NCBI GenBank assembly: GCA_017560905.1
Contig: JAFZEA010000023.1
Span: forward strand, 8,718-72,717
Direction: 5' to 3'
Origin: Clostridia bacterium
GTDB taxonomy: Bacteria > Bacillota > Clostridia > Oscillospirales > QAKW01
Length of the DNA: 64,000 bases
Positions within the stretch are counted from its first letter, which is position 1, and each line of letters begins with the position of its first letter. The position numbers and the translations under genes are program-made. This document shows positions 1-8,688 of the stretch, in pieces. The notes beneath the pieces are model-generated. The model was not told the origin of the DNA and searched no databases. It saw only the letters and a list, made by a program, of their open reading frames with translations.

Positions 1-668
1 CGGCGGAAAACAGATTCGGTGTCAGTGCGGATATTCTTAATAACGATTATTATTCCTTTGCTTTTGACGGTAAGTCCGGCGGTACGGAGATCGATAATCT
101 CACGCTGGCCTACAAGGACGTTGGCATTATGTCCCAGGCATTTGTGTACTATATGCTCAAAAATGATCTGATGGAGCCGGAAGAGGAAACCCGATTCGGT
201 CTTTCTTCTCACGCCAGCATCGCAGAAACATTGGACGTTATTTATCGTATTGCCGGTAAACCCGATATTGAAAATGCCGCATTCAATCCGTTTACTGTTT
301 CTATGGAATACAGTGAAGCATTGCGCTGGTGTCTGTCAGTGGGTATTATACGAGATGACGGTCATATGCCGAAAAATCTCAGTAGTCGTATCACCATCGG
401 ACAGCTTGCACTGTTGATTCACCGCTTTGCTCTGTTCTGCGGTGTGGAGAGCGATATAGACGAGGACAAGACGGCAGATATCAGAGAAAGATATCCCGAT
501 ATGGGTGAGGAAATTCTGCAGGCGACGATGTTCTGCAAAACCAACAACCTGATCCCGGGCAACAATGATGAGGAATACGTTTTCTATACCTGGAATCTGG
601 GCGCCAAGAGAACGGCAGTTGCTTCGTCGCTGTACCGTTTGTGTACCTATTGCCTTGAAGAAGAATAA
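1..668 (+). CDS. 5'-truncated CDS running off the left edge: C-terminal part of a surface protein with an SLH-like wall-binding repeat
   Basis: Hand translation of frame 3 from nt 3 to the listed ATG at 129 has no stop (AENRFGVSADILNNDYYSFAFDGKSGG...), so the ORF continues upstream of the window. The segment FNPFTVSMEYSEALRWCLSVGIIRDDG...ITIGQLALLIHRF resembles SLH repeats. Confidence 0.6.
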   Translation, partial: AENRFGVSADILNNDYYSFAFDGKSGGTEIDNLTLAYKDVGIMSQAFVYYMLKNDLMEPEEETRFGLSSHASIAETLDVIYRIAGKPDIENAAFNPFTVSMEYSEALRWCLSVGIIRDDGHMPKNLSSRITIGQLALLIHRFALFCGVESDIDEDKTADIRERYPDMGEEILQATMFCKTNNLIPGNNDEEYVFYTWNLGAKRTAVASSLYRLCTYCLEEE

Positions 669-698
669 AAAAGGAGAGCAAAAAGCTCTCCTTTTTTA
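669..698 (+). terminator. Rho-independent terminator
   Basis: Stem aaggagagc / gctctcctt (673-679 / 685-691) followed by a T-run at 692-697, immediately after the stop codon. Confidence 0.8.
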
Positions 699-775
699 AA
701 AATTAGTCCAAAGTGGTTTAAATGTGGTATGATTTGTGATAAACTATAATTATAAAGAACTAAAGGAGAACACAA

Positions 776-1081
776 ATGGAAATTGTAATTACTGCTGAAA
801 ATTTTGAAAAAGAAGTTTTGCAAAGCGATAAAAAAGTGGTACTGGATTTTTGGGCATCCTGGTGCGGCCCTTGTATGATGCTTGCTCCCGTATTAGAGGA
901 AATATCAAACGAGAGAGATGATATCATCGTGGGTAAAGTCAATGTGGACGAGCAGCCCGAATTGTCGGCGCAGTTTGGCATTGTCAGCATTCCTACTCTG
1001 ATGCTGTTTGAAAAGGGAGCTCACAAAGATACCAGCGTCGGCTATATCAATAAAGCACAGCTTGAAAAATTTATCGGTTAG
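776..1081 (+). CDS. trxA: thioredoxin
   Basis: 101 aa with the WCGPC active site. RBS aaaggag lies 7 nt upstream of the ATG. Confidence 0.95.
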   Translation: MEIVITAENFEKEVLQSDKKVVLDFWASWCGPCMMLAPVLEEISNERDDIIVGKVNVDEQPELSAQFGIVSIPTLMLFEKGAHKDTSVGYINKAQLEKFIG

Positions 1082-1095
1082 TGCGGGAGAAATAT

Positions 1096-2277
1096 ATGAT
1101 CTACAAAGACTTTAAAGGAAAAAAACTTTCACTTCTCGGCTTTGGTACCATGCGTTTGCCCACTAAGGCAGATGGTAGTGTTGACAAAGAGATGACCGCA
1201 GAAATGACCGATATTGCTATCAAAAATGGTGTCAATTATTTTGATACTGCCGTGCCGTACCACGGCGGTGAGAGCGAGAAGGTAATGGGTGAGATATTGG
1301 CACGCTACCCACGCCACAGTTTTTATCTGGCCAGCAAGTATCCGGGACATCAGATTTTTGAAACCTATGATCCTGCCGCTATGTTTGAGGATCAGCTGGA
1401 GCGTTGCAGGGTGGAGTATTTTGACTTCTATCTCCTGCACAATGTGTTTGAAAATTCTATCCATACATACAAAGATGCCAGATGGGGCATTATCGATTAT
1501 TTTATCAAGCAGAAGCAGTGCGGCCGCATCAAACATCTTGGCTTTTCTACCCACGGCGGACTGGATGTCATCGAGGAGTTTTTGGATCTGTATGGCGAGC
1601 ATATGGAGTTCTGTCAGTTACAGGTCAATTATCTTGACTGGACGTTGCAAAACGCCAAAGAAAAATGCGAGCTGATGGCAAGCCGCGGTATTCCCGTATG
1701 GGTAATGGAGCCTGTGCGTGGCGGAGGCCTGGTTAATCTTAAAGATGAGGATATTGCCAAACTTAAGGCAAAACGTCCTGAGGACAGTGTGGCATCCTGG
1801 GGTTTTCGCTGGTTGCAGGGGCTGGACAATATCGGTATGATTTTATCGGGGATGTCCAACAAAGAGCAAATGCTTGACAACCTAAATACCTTTACAACGG
1901 AAAAGCCGCTCACCATGGCGGAAACAGAGCTGCTCTATGAAATTGCAGAGGGAATGAAAAAATCCGTGCCTTGTACCGCTTGCCGCTACTGTACCGACGG
2001 TTGTCCTATGGGGCTTGATATTCCGAAAATGCTTGGCATATACAATGAATTGCAAGTGGAAAAGAGTGTGAATATCGCTATGCGTCTTGAATTTTTGCCT
2101 GAGGACAAAAAGTCGACAGCTTGTATCGGCTGTGGGGCCTGCACTGCGGTTTGCCCCCAAAAGATCGACATTCCGCAGTACCTTGCGGCACTTAGCGAAA
2201 CCATCACTTCTATGCCCACTTGGACAGAGGTCAGCCGTCAGCGTGCCGAGGCGCTTAAGAAACTCAAACAAAAATAA
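1096..2277 (+). CDS. aldo/keto reductase with a C-terminal 2x[4Fe-4S] ferredoxin-like domain
   Basis: AKR-like N-terminus (LGFGTMRLP...NYFDTA..Y) plus two Cys clusters, CTACRYCTDGCP and CIGCGACTAVCP. ATG 1096 is preferred over the listed GTG 1081, which overlaps the trxA stop. Confidence 0.85.
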   Translation: MIYKDFKGKKLSLLGFGTMRLPTKADGSVDKEMTAEMTDIAIKNGVNYFDTAVPYHGGESEKVMGEILARYPRHSFYLASKYPGHQIFETYDPAAMFEDQLERCRVEYFDFYLLHNVFENSIHTYKDARWGIIDYFIKQKQCGRIKHLGFSTHGGLDVIEEFLDLYGEHMEFCQLQVNYLDWTLQNAKEKCELMASRGIPVWVMEPVRGGGLVNLKDEDIAKLKAKRPEDSVASWGFRWLQGLDNIGMILSGMSNKEQMLDNLNTFTTEKPLTMAETELLYEIAEGMKKSVPCTACRYCTDGCPMGLDIPKMLGIYNELQVEKSVNIAMRLEFLPEDKKSTACIGCGACTAVCPQKIDIPQYLAALSETITSMPTWTEVSRQRAEALKKLKQK

Positions 2278-2283
2278 TTACTG

Positions 2284-2321
2284 CCTCCTTTGGACACAAT
2301 AGAGCCAAAGGAGGTATTTTT
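2284..2321 (+). terminator. Terminator-like hairpin whose 3' arm is the Shine-Dalgarno of the next ORF
   Basis: cctcctttgg (2284-2293) pairs with ccaaaggagg (2305-2314), followed by tattttt and then ATG 2322. Confidence 0.6.
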
Positions 2322-2669
2322 ATGAGTGATACAAAACGATGGATACAACAAAACCACAGCGTTCTGGAAATGGGACTGAGCAAGGCGCAGGGGAGCAGGC
2401 TCAAAGCCTTACTGGAGCAGGGACTGGAAATCGAAAATGCGCTGCTGCAGGAGGCAGAGGATATTAAAACAAGTCAGAGCGGTATGGGGGAGGCACTGAC
2501 ACCGGATAAAAAGTTGGCACATCAACTTAGCGAAACGCTCAGTGAAAATGCACTCGCTCTGTCCCGACATCTCAGCAATCAAAAACTGGGACAGCCGGAA
2601 AAGATAGTGTTACAAAAACTGGTGGCATCGCAGGATCAGATGGTCTACCGATTGAGAGAATTTTTATAA
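2322..2669 (+). CDS. hypothetical helical protein, 115 aa
   Basis: Good RBS and ATG. No family recognised. Acidic/helical composition, and it lies just upstream of dpaAB. Confidence 0.55.
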   Translation: MSDTKRWIQQNHSVLEMGLSKAQGSRLKALLEQGLEIENALLQEAEDIKTSQSGMGEALTPDKKLAHQLSETLSENALALSRHLSNQKLGQPEKIVLQKLVASQDQMVYRLREFL

Positions 2670-2677
2670 AAAACAGC

Positions 2678-2737
2678 GGGGTGTCAAAAAAGTCGTTTCA
2701 GCACAGAAAAACGACTTTTTTGACACCCCGTTTGTTG
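2678..2737 (+). terminator. Long perfect hairpin (21-bp stem), a member of a dispersed repeat family, acting as a terminator
   Basis: ggggtgtcaaaaaagtcgttt (2678-2698) pairs perfectly with aaacgacttttttgacacccc (2709-2729), followed by gtttgttg. The 19-mer tgtcaaaaaagtcgtttca recurs at 4273-4291. Confidence 0.7.
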
Positions 2738-2748
2738 TATGGAGATGC

Positions 2749-2775
2749 ACGCTTTTATATTCTGTTCATATAATA
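2749..2775 (+). promoter_or_regulatory. sigma-K-type (mother-cell, late sporulation) promoter upstream of dpaA
   Basis: AC (2749-2750), a 16-nt spacer, then CATATAATA (2767-2775). This fits the B. subtilis sigma-K consensus AC-N16/17-CATANNNTA and sits 30 nt upstream of ATG 2806. Confidence 0.5.
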
Positions 2776-2805
2776 CACTGTAAATATCTTACGGAGGTGC
2801 GAAAT

Positions 2806-3603
2806 ATGCAGGTGGGTGTGATTCCGGCAGATGCCCGACAACATTCGGTGGCAGCTGCATTTGAGGCAAGAGGGGACGAGGTAGTTTATCTGACACTCAG
2901 CGATCCGCTGCCCGAAATCGTTCTGTTTCCCATGCCGGTGTCAGAGGACGGCGTGACAGTGTTTGCCAACGGTGACAAACTGACAGATTGGTTTGTTCGT
3001 TTGCAAGGCCGAACCGTTTATGGCGGTCGCGTGAGTGAGGCGGTGCAGACTTTGGCGGCACAGTACGGAGTGACCTTTTGGGATCATTTCAAGCAAGAAG
3101 AGGAGATCATCCGCAACATCATTCCCACAGTGGAGGGCGCACTGCAGCTGGCAATGGAGCAAACTCCCTTTACACTGCATGGCAGTGCGGTGCTGGTCTG
3201 CGGTTATGGGCGTATCGGCAAACTGTTGTCCCGTCATCTGGCGGCGCTGGGTGCTGTCGTTACCGTTTCTGCCCGCAAGGGGGCAGACCTTGCCTGGTGC
3301 CAGACTCTTGGCTACGGCACGGTCTTTACGGCTGATCTGCAGGCCTGCGTGGGAAAACAGCGGATCATTTTCAATACCGTACCGACACTGCTGTTTGATA
3401 GAACGGTACTGGACAAAATTCCCTCAGAGGCACTGATTATTGATCTGGCCAGTGCTCCGGGAGGCGTAGATTTTGCCTATGCTGCATCCTCCGGGAAACG
3501 AGCCCTGCAGGCACTCGGACTCCCTGCTAAGGTGGCGCCTCGTACCGCCGGTGAGATCATTTGCAGGACCATTATGGAAAGGGAGGAAAATACCCGTGGA
3601 TAA
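2806..3603 (+). CDS. dpaA: dipicolinate synthase subunit A (SpoVFA)
   Basis: Rossmann motif VLVCGYGRIGKLLSRHLAALGAVVTVSARK with SpoVFA-like length and context. The ggagg RBS favours ATG 2806 over the listed GTG 2797. Confidence 0.85.
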   Translation: MQVGVIPADARQHSVAAAFEARGDEVVYLTLSDPLPEIVLFPMPVSEDGVTVFANGDKLTDWFVRLQGRTVYGGRVSEAVQTLAAQYGVTFWDHFKQEEEIIRNIIPTVEGALQLAMEQTPFTLHGSAVLVCGYGRIGKLLSRHLAALGAVVTVSARKGADLAWCQTLGYGTVFTADLQACVGKQRIIFNTVPTLLFDRTVLDKIPSEALIIDLASAPGGVDFAYAASSGKRALQALGLPAKVAPRTAGEIICRTIMEREENTRG

Positions 3604-4165
3604 ATTGCGTGTGGGAGTTTGCCTGTGTGGCTCCTTCTGCACATTTTCTTCGGTGTTGCCCCAAATCGAAAAAATGTGTTCACGGTTTGACATAACACCG
3701 ATTATGAGCGCCACGGCGTTTCAAACGGATAGCCGATTTGGAAAAGCCGAGGATTTTATAAAACAAATAGAAGATATGTGCGGTAAAAAAGTATGGCACA
3801 CCATAGCCGAGGTGGAGCCCATCGGGCCTAAGAAATTACTTGACGTGCTGGCGGTGGTACCTGCCACGGGCAACACGCTGGCAAAATTGGCTTGCGGAAT
3901 TGCAGACGGTGCGGTTACCTTGGCGGTCAAGGCGCATCTCAGAAATGAGCGACCTGTGGTACTGGCGGTGTCGACCAATGATGCACTGTCTGTAGCCGCC
4001 AAAAATATTGGTACATTGCTGAATGCAAAGCATATGTACTTCGTACCCTTTAAACAGGATGACCCGCTTCATAAACCGCGCTCTGCCGTGGCAGATATGA
4101 CAAAACTGGAAGAAACCATTGATCTTGCCGCCAAAGGACAACAAATTCAGCCGATTTTGCTATGA
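3596..4165 (+). CDS. dpaB: dipicolinate synthase subunit B (SpoVFB, flavoprotein family)
   Basis: VGVCLCGSFCTF...ATGNTLAKLA.GI.D is flavoprotein-like. GTG 3596 with RBS gggagg 9 nt upstream overlaps the dpaA stop. The ORF-track N-terminal extension lies inside dpaA. Confidence 0.85.
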   Translation: MDKLRVGVCLCGSFCTFSSVLPQIEKMCSRFDITPIMSATAFQTDSRFGKAEDFIKQIEDMCGKKVWHTIAEVEPIGPKKLLDVLAVVPATGNTLAKLACGIADGAVTLAVKAHLRNERPVVLAVSTNDALSVAAKNIGTLLNAKHMYFVPFKQDDPLHKPRSAVADMTKLEETIDLAAKGQQIQPILL

Positions 4166-4167
4166 TA

Positions 4168-4208
4168 AACGGCCCAATAAAACAGGTGTTTTTTGGGGGC
4201 CGTTTTTG
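4168..4208 (+). terminator. Rho-independent terminator of dpaAB
   Basis: acggcccaa (4169-4177) pairs with ttgggggccgt (4193-4203) with a bulge, followed by a T-run. Confidence 0.7.
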
Positions 4209-4227
4209 AGAAAGGAACGTTAAAAAT

Positions 4228-4267
4228 AGAGAAATACCATATTTCAAGCGAAATATGGTATTTCTCT
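4228..4267. repeat. 40-bp palindromic repeat, copy 1
   Basis: agagaaataccatatttcaagcgaaatatggtatttctct forms a 17-bp stem (gagaaataccatatttc / gaaatatggtatttctc) with loop aagc. It is identical to 4535-4574. Confidence 0.95.
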
Positions 4268-4534
4268 CAGACTGTCAAAAAAGTCGTTTCACCACAGAGA
4301 AATAATAAAATAAAAGAAAACAAGTTTGTACTAAATACAAACTTGCCATTCTTTTCAAAATCAATTCATAACAGAAGTATCGTTTTGGGAAGCCTTGTAC
4401 AGCAAGGCTTTTCTCTGTTTTCCGGCAACAAACCTCCTACCGTACCCACGTACGCCGACGGAGTTTTGTTGACGAAATGCAACTTCCTTTTTTGACACCC
4501 TACAGCGTGTCAAAGAGGATTCTTTGACACGCTG

Positions 4535-4574
4535 AGAGAAATACCATATTTCAAGCGAAATATGGTATTTCTCT
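4535..4574. repeat. 40-bp palindromic repeat, copy 2
   Basis: Exact copy of 4228-4267. Here it is followed by ttcttttttg, so it is terminator-like on the + strand. Confidence 0.95.
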
Positions 4575-4620
4575 TTCTTTTTTGCTTGTAAAAGCAATCT
4601 TTTGCTTTCTGTTTGTTTGG

Positions 4621-5439
4621 TTACTGCTTTTCGATAATATCTGCAGCAGCCTCCAGCGCATCGCCTTCAAACAACTCGATAAGTCCGTTGTCAGCGATTT
4701 TGGCCACTTCCGGATCAATGGGCAGGCTGGCCAGTACTGGAATGTGGTGAGCCTCGGCTACCTCTGCAATATGACTGTCGCCGAAGATCTTAATCTTTTC
4801 ACCGCAGTGCTTGCACTCGTAGTAACTGTAGTTTTCCACGAGGCCTACGATGGGAATATTCATCATTTCTGCCATACGGACGGCTTTGTTGACAATGGTG
4901 GATACCAACTGTTGAGGAGAGGTGACTACGATGATGCCGTCAACGGGCAGGCTCTGAAACACGGTCAGCGGTACATCGCCTGTGCCGGGAGGCATATCCA
5001 CGAACATATAGTCAATGTCCTTCCAAATGGTGTCCGTCCAGAACTGGCTGACGGCCCCGCCGATGACGGGACCTCTCCAGATGACGGGATCATCTTCGTT
5101 GGGGAGCAACAAATTGATGCTCATCATTTCAATGCCGGTCTTACTGCGGGCGGGCAATAGCTTTTCATCCATGGCCTCTGCCTTGTCGTGTACGCCGAAC
5201 ATTTTAGGAATAGAGGGACCGGTGATGTCTGCATCCAGAATGGCGGTGCGGTGACCTCTGCGATTCATAGCGACGGCCAGCATAGAGGTTACGGTGCTTT
5301 TACCGACACCGCCCTTGCCGCTGACAATGGCGTATACCTTGTTAACTTTGCTCAGATCGTTGAGAGGCTTGAGCAAGTTCTCGGGCTGCTTGGAGGAGCA
5401 ATCCGAGGAGCAAGTACTGCAATTATGTGTACAACCCAT
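4621..5439 (-). CDS. Mrp/ApbC/NBP35-family Fe-S cluster carrier ATPase
   Basis: Deviant Walker A SGKGGVGKST, a Cys-rich N-terminus (CTHNCSTCSSDC) and a CKHC motif. Confidence 0.9.
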   Translation of the reverse strand: MGCTHNCSTCSSDCSSKQPENLLKPLNDLSKVNKVYAIVSGKGGVGKSTVTSMLAVAMNRRGHRTAILDADITGPSIPKMFGVHDKAEAMDEKLLPARSKTGIEMMSINLLLPNEDDPVIWRGPVIGGAVSQFWTDTIWKDIDYMFVDMPPGTGDVPLTVFQSLPVDGIIVVTSPQQLVSTIVNKAVRMAEMMNIPIVGLVENYSYYECKHCGEKIKIFGDSHIAEVAEAHHIPVLASLPIDPEVAKIADNGLIELFEGDALEAAADIIEKQ

Positions 5440-5565
5440 ATATGCGTCTCCTTTATTTATAATTCTTAATTATTTTACTCTTTTTGATTTCAAATGTCAA
5501 ATGTTATTGTTTAAATTGCATTATATTAAAATTCGGCCATAAAATAAATCTGCGGAGGTATTAAA

Positions 5566-6375
5566 ATGGACAAGCGTGTTGAAATTCTCAAAAAAGTGAA
5601 ATGTTTTATTTTGGATATGGATGGCACAATCTACCTGGGCGGTAAGCTGATCGATGGTGCGGATGAGTTTATTCGTTGTTTGGAGCCTTTTGGTCTGGAT
5701 CATTATTTCTATACCAACAATTCCTCAAAAAATGTGCCTTTCTATGAGGAAAAGCTTCGCCGTATGTCCGTGCCCGGCGGTGACGGTAAGGTTATGATCT
5801 CTAATCACGTTATTCTCAATCACCTGCGTAAAAATATGCCCGATGCCAGAGTATTTCTGTTGGGTACGCCTTATCTTAGAGAGGATTTTGAAAAAGCGGG
5901 TGTCAGTCTGGTGGAAGAAGATCCCACGTTAGTGGTCGTCGGCTTTGATACTACGCTTGCTTATGATCGTCTGGCGCAGGCCTGTACCTATATTCGCAAC
6001 GGCGTACCGGTATACGGTGTTAACCCTGATTTAAATTGCCCCATTGAGGACGGTTTTATTCCCGACTGCGGTGCAATCTTTGCGCTGATTACCTGTTCTA
6101 CCGGAGTGGAACCGCTGGAATACTTCGGTAAGCCCTCCCGCAGAACACTGGAATACGTGCTGGATAAAACGGGTTACAAGGAGGAAGAGGTTGCTTTTGT
6201 AGGGGACAGACTGTATACCGATATGGCAGTCACTCAGGGTACCAAGGCGCAGAGCTTGTTGGTGCTCAGCGGCGAGAGCACGGTAGAGGATATTGAAAAA
6301 TACAATATTCATCCCACTGCCATCTTTTCTTCTGTTGATGAGATTCGCGAACTGCTCTGTGAAATTTACGGCTAA
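5566..6375 (+). CDS. HAD-IIA family hydrolase (NagD-like sugar phosphatase)
   Basis: ILDMDGTIY motif I, YTNNSS and GD.L.TD motifs. RBS ggagg. Confidence 0.85.
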   Translation: MDKRVEILKKVKCFILDMDGTIYLGGKLIDGADEFIRCLEPFGLDHYFYTNNSSKNVPFYEEKLRRMSVPGGDGKVMISNHVILNHLRKNMPDARVFLLGTPYLREDFEKAGVSLVEEDPTLVVVGFDTTLAYDRLAQACTYIRNGVPVYGVNPDLNCPIEDGFIPDCGAIFALITCSTGVEPLEYFGKPSRRTLEYVLDKTGYKEEEVAFVGDRLYTDMAVTQGTKAQSLLVLSGESTVEDIEKYNIHPTAIFSSVDEIRELLCEIYG

Positions 6376-6381
6376 AATAAG

Positions 6382-6416
6382 ATCATCCCGGAAAAATTCC
6401 GGGATGATTTTATTTT
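6382..6416. terminator. Bidirectional terminator between convergent genes
   Basis: atcatcccgg (6382-6391) pairs with ccgggatgat (6399-6408). It is flanked by an A-run and a T-run and overlaps the stop of the minus-strand lipoprotein gene. Confidence 0.75.
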
Positions 6417-7108
6417 AGTGAATCTGCCAGTTCTTTTCTGGCGGCGAGAGCATCTTCGGAGAGCTGATAGGCCAGCTCTTCATTGTTGTAGTCATATTCT
6501 TCCAGTCGTGAGCGGATGTTGCTATAGTGCTCTGTCAGTGCATTTTCCTTGGGTGGGTTTTCTTTTTGATACTCTTTTAGGCTCTCGGCAAAAGCGTCGG
6601 GTGTGGTGGCACGCTTGTAGTTGAGGTCAACGTTGCTGTCGTGTACCAGAATTTCGTCGTTGAACAGTCGAAGATAGGTGGACTCCAGCGGAGAGATCAG
6701 CCAAACAAGACCGCTCTCGTGTACCCAGCTTTCCAGGCGGATAATATAACTTCTGCCGACGATCAGCTCTTCTCTTTGGGGAAAGCCTTCAGCGGTACCC
6801 AAAATAAAGATGTTCACGGTGTTTGTGTCGATCTGATCGGTAAACTCTCTGTCCACCGTGGCGGTAATGCGGGTGTAAGTGGTGTCGTAGACCTCGTATT
6901 TTTCAATGATGTCGGTCACGGTTTTGACTTCTGTTACGGTGATGGCTGCCAGTGCATCGGCGTTGTTGCCGACAACGGCAAACAGATCACTGAAATCATC
7001 ACTTGCCTTTTTGGTGGAATAGCGGGGCGTATCATCTTCTTTTTCGTTACAGGCGCACAGACTGAGCGTCAGCAGGAGAATCAGTAATACAGAAATAAAC
7101 TTTTTCAT
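6410..7108 (-). CDS. lipoprotein of unknown function
   Basis: Signal peptide with lipobox MKKFISVLLILLLTLSLCAC. Its start overlaps the upstream gene's stop by 4 nt (7105-7108), suggesting translational coupling. Confidence 0.7.
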   Translation of the reverse strand: MKKFISVLLILLLTLSLCACNEKEDDTPRYSTKKASDDFSDLFAVVGNNADALAAITVTEVKTVTDIIEKYEVYDTTYTRITATVDREFTDQIDTNTVNIFILGTAEGFPQREELIVGRSYIIRLESWVHESGLVWLISPLESTYLRLFNDEILVHDSNVDLNYKRATTPDAFAESLKEYQKENPPKENALTEHYSNIRSRLEEYDYNNEELAYQLSEDALAARKELADSLK

Positions 7109-8610
7109 TCGGTGTCCTCTACGTAATAGATTTTGTCAGCTTGGGCAAAAAAGCGAAGCTGTCGGCTGTAAAAGCTTTGTGGCTCAAAGTACATACTGTA
7201 AGCCGTGTCACTCAGCGTAACATTGAAATTTTCTTTGACCGTGTCCACCTCGATGGCGGGAATGGCATTGGTGGCACTCAGATCAAAGGTGACACCGTTG
7301 TCCAGAAATCCCTTATAAAAAATACAGGTATCATACTGCTGTTCCAGATAACGGTCTGTCAGTCGGGCCAGCTCCAGCTCCAAACCATAGTCAAGCGTCA
7401 GATACAGTCTGGCAAAACGAGGAGCCCAAGCGTCCGTTGTGTCCTCGGTATACAATGTAACGGAAGCAATATCAAAGACACATTTGCCCTCGGGCATATC
7501 CATGCGGAAGGTGGAGGCACAGGACATTTCAAAGTCGTCCTTGCCGGGCGTGTCCAACAAATAGGTATAGGTGTAGGCACCGTCTTTGAGACGCGTGTGG
7601 AAGGTAACCTCGGCGCGTAATACGCCGTTGTAGTTGAGGTCTTCGGTTTCCGGCAGACGGCTGTTTTCTCCCGGCTGGGTGTGAATCTGACCGTTGCGCG
7701 TGGCTGAAACCGTTTCGACGTCCATATACAGTGCCGTGGCACTGCTCAGTGCCAGTGATTGCAGAGTGTCGTTTTTAAGTGTAATATCGTCAAAGTCGGT
7801 CAGACCGTGCTGCGAGAGAGTGTTAAGCTTTTGAAAGAGAAGACTGGTCTGGCTGTAGGTTTGACTGTCGGAACGCACATCCTTGAGTTCAATGGAACGT
7901 ACCAGGTCGGTGCCGCTGCCCAGACGGGCGGGCGCAGTACTTTCGGCAATCAGTTGCCGCTTGCCGCCCAATAACAAGGACACACGGGCGTATTCACACA
8001 GCCAGTCGTCATAGCTGCCGTCGGCGGCTGCGGTAATGGTCAGTGCCACATCTCCGATATCAAAGGGTGTGTAGCCAAAGGGGAGGGTTACGATAAAATG
8101 GGTTTCCTTACCGGAGATGAAACTGTCCTTGCGGAATTTTTTCTTCAGAGAAAGCTCTGCGGCGGTGCCGTCGGTAAAGGTGAGACGAAGGTTGACACCT
8201 CCTGCATCCAGCGTGGCAGTGCGGTCGGAAAGATTGTCCGTTTTTCCTGTTTTGACAGTTACACACAGATGGTTGGAGCAACCAATGGCATTGAGTGTGC
8301 GGAAATAGGGAACAGCGGTATCGTAGTCAGCACCGTAGGTCAGCTTGTTTACGATCATATCCTCGGTATCGCGCAGATATACGTTTGTGATATGCGCACC
8401 TGTTAGACTCAGAATAGCAAATATACCGCTGATCAGCGCAATGTATACCTTACGGGCAAACTGTCCGCGTACCGCTTTACGAAAGTATTCTCCTATGAAG
8501 AAGCGGCGTACTTTTCGGCTGGCAAACTTAAAGTTGACCCGTAGCCATGTCCACAGTCGGCGCTGTCTGATATTCTTTTTGAATTTATTAAATGCCAAAG
8601 GGAAAAACAC
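7105..8610 (-). CDS. membrane-anchored protein of unknown function with two PLAT/LH2-like beta-sandwich segments
   Basis: Basic N-terminus followed by one TM (VYIALISGIFAILSL). Two segments with a PLAT-like pattern (VTVKTGKTDN...W.CEYARVSL and VTFHTRLKDG...WAPRFARLYL). The real start may be TTG 8598, which is 10 nt after aaggag, rather than GTG 8610. Confidence 0.55.
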   Translation of the reverse strand: MFFPLAFNKFKKNIRQRRLWTWLRVNFKFASRKVRRFFIGEYFRKAVRGQFARKVYIALISGIFAILSLTGAHITNVYLRDTEDMIVNKLTYGADYDTAVPYFRTLNAIGCSNHLCVTVKTGKTDNLSDRTATLDAGGVNLRLTFTDGTAAELSLKKKFRKDSFISGKETHFIVTLPFGYTPFDIGDVALTITAAADGSYDDWLCEYARVSLLLGGKRQLIAESTAPARLGSGTDLVRSIELKDVRSDSQTYSQTSLLFQKLNTLSQHGLTDFDDITLKNDTLQSLALSSATALYMDVETVSATRNGQIHTQPGENSRLPETEDLNYNGVLRAEVTFHTRLKDGAYTYTYLLDTPGKDDFEMSCASTFRMDMPEGKCVFDIASVTLYTEDTTDAWAPRFARLYLTLDYGLELELARLTDRYLEQQYDTCIFYKGFLDNGVTFDLSATNAIPAIEVDTVKENFNVTLSDTAYSMYFEPQSFYSRQLRFFAQADKIYYVEDTE

Positions 8611-8688
8611 TCCTTTTCAGTGTATATTATAGAGGCACTCTTCCGACGAAGAGTGCCTCATATTATATATTAAGGTAGGACCTTGGAA

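Noticed and set aside
4193-4495. 100-aa ORF in the dpaB-mrp spacer
   Set aside because: It reads straight through the 40-bp palindrome and other hairpin repeats. It has no RBS and an implausible sequence. The region is better explained as non-coding repeat DNA.
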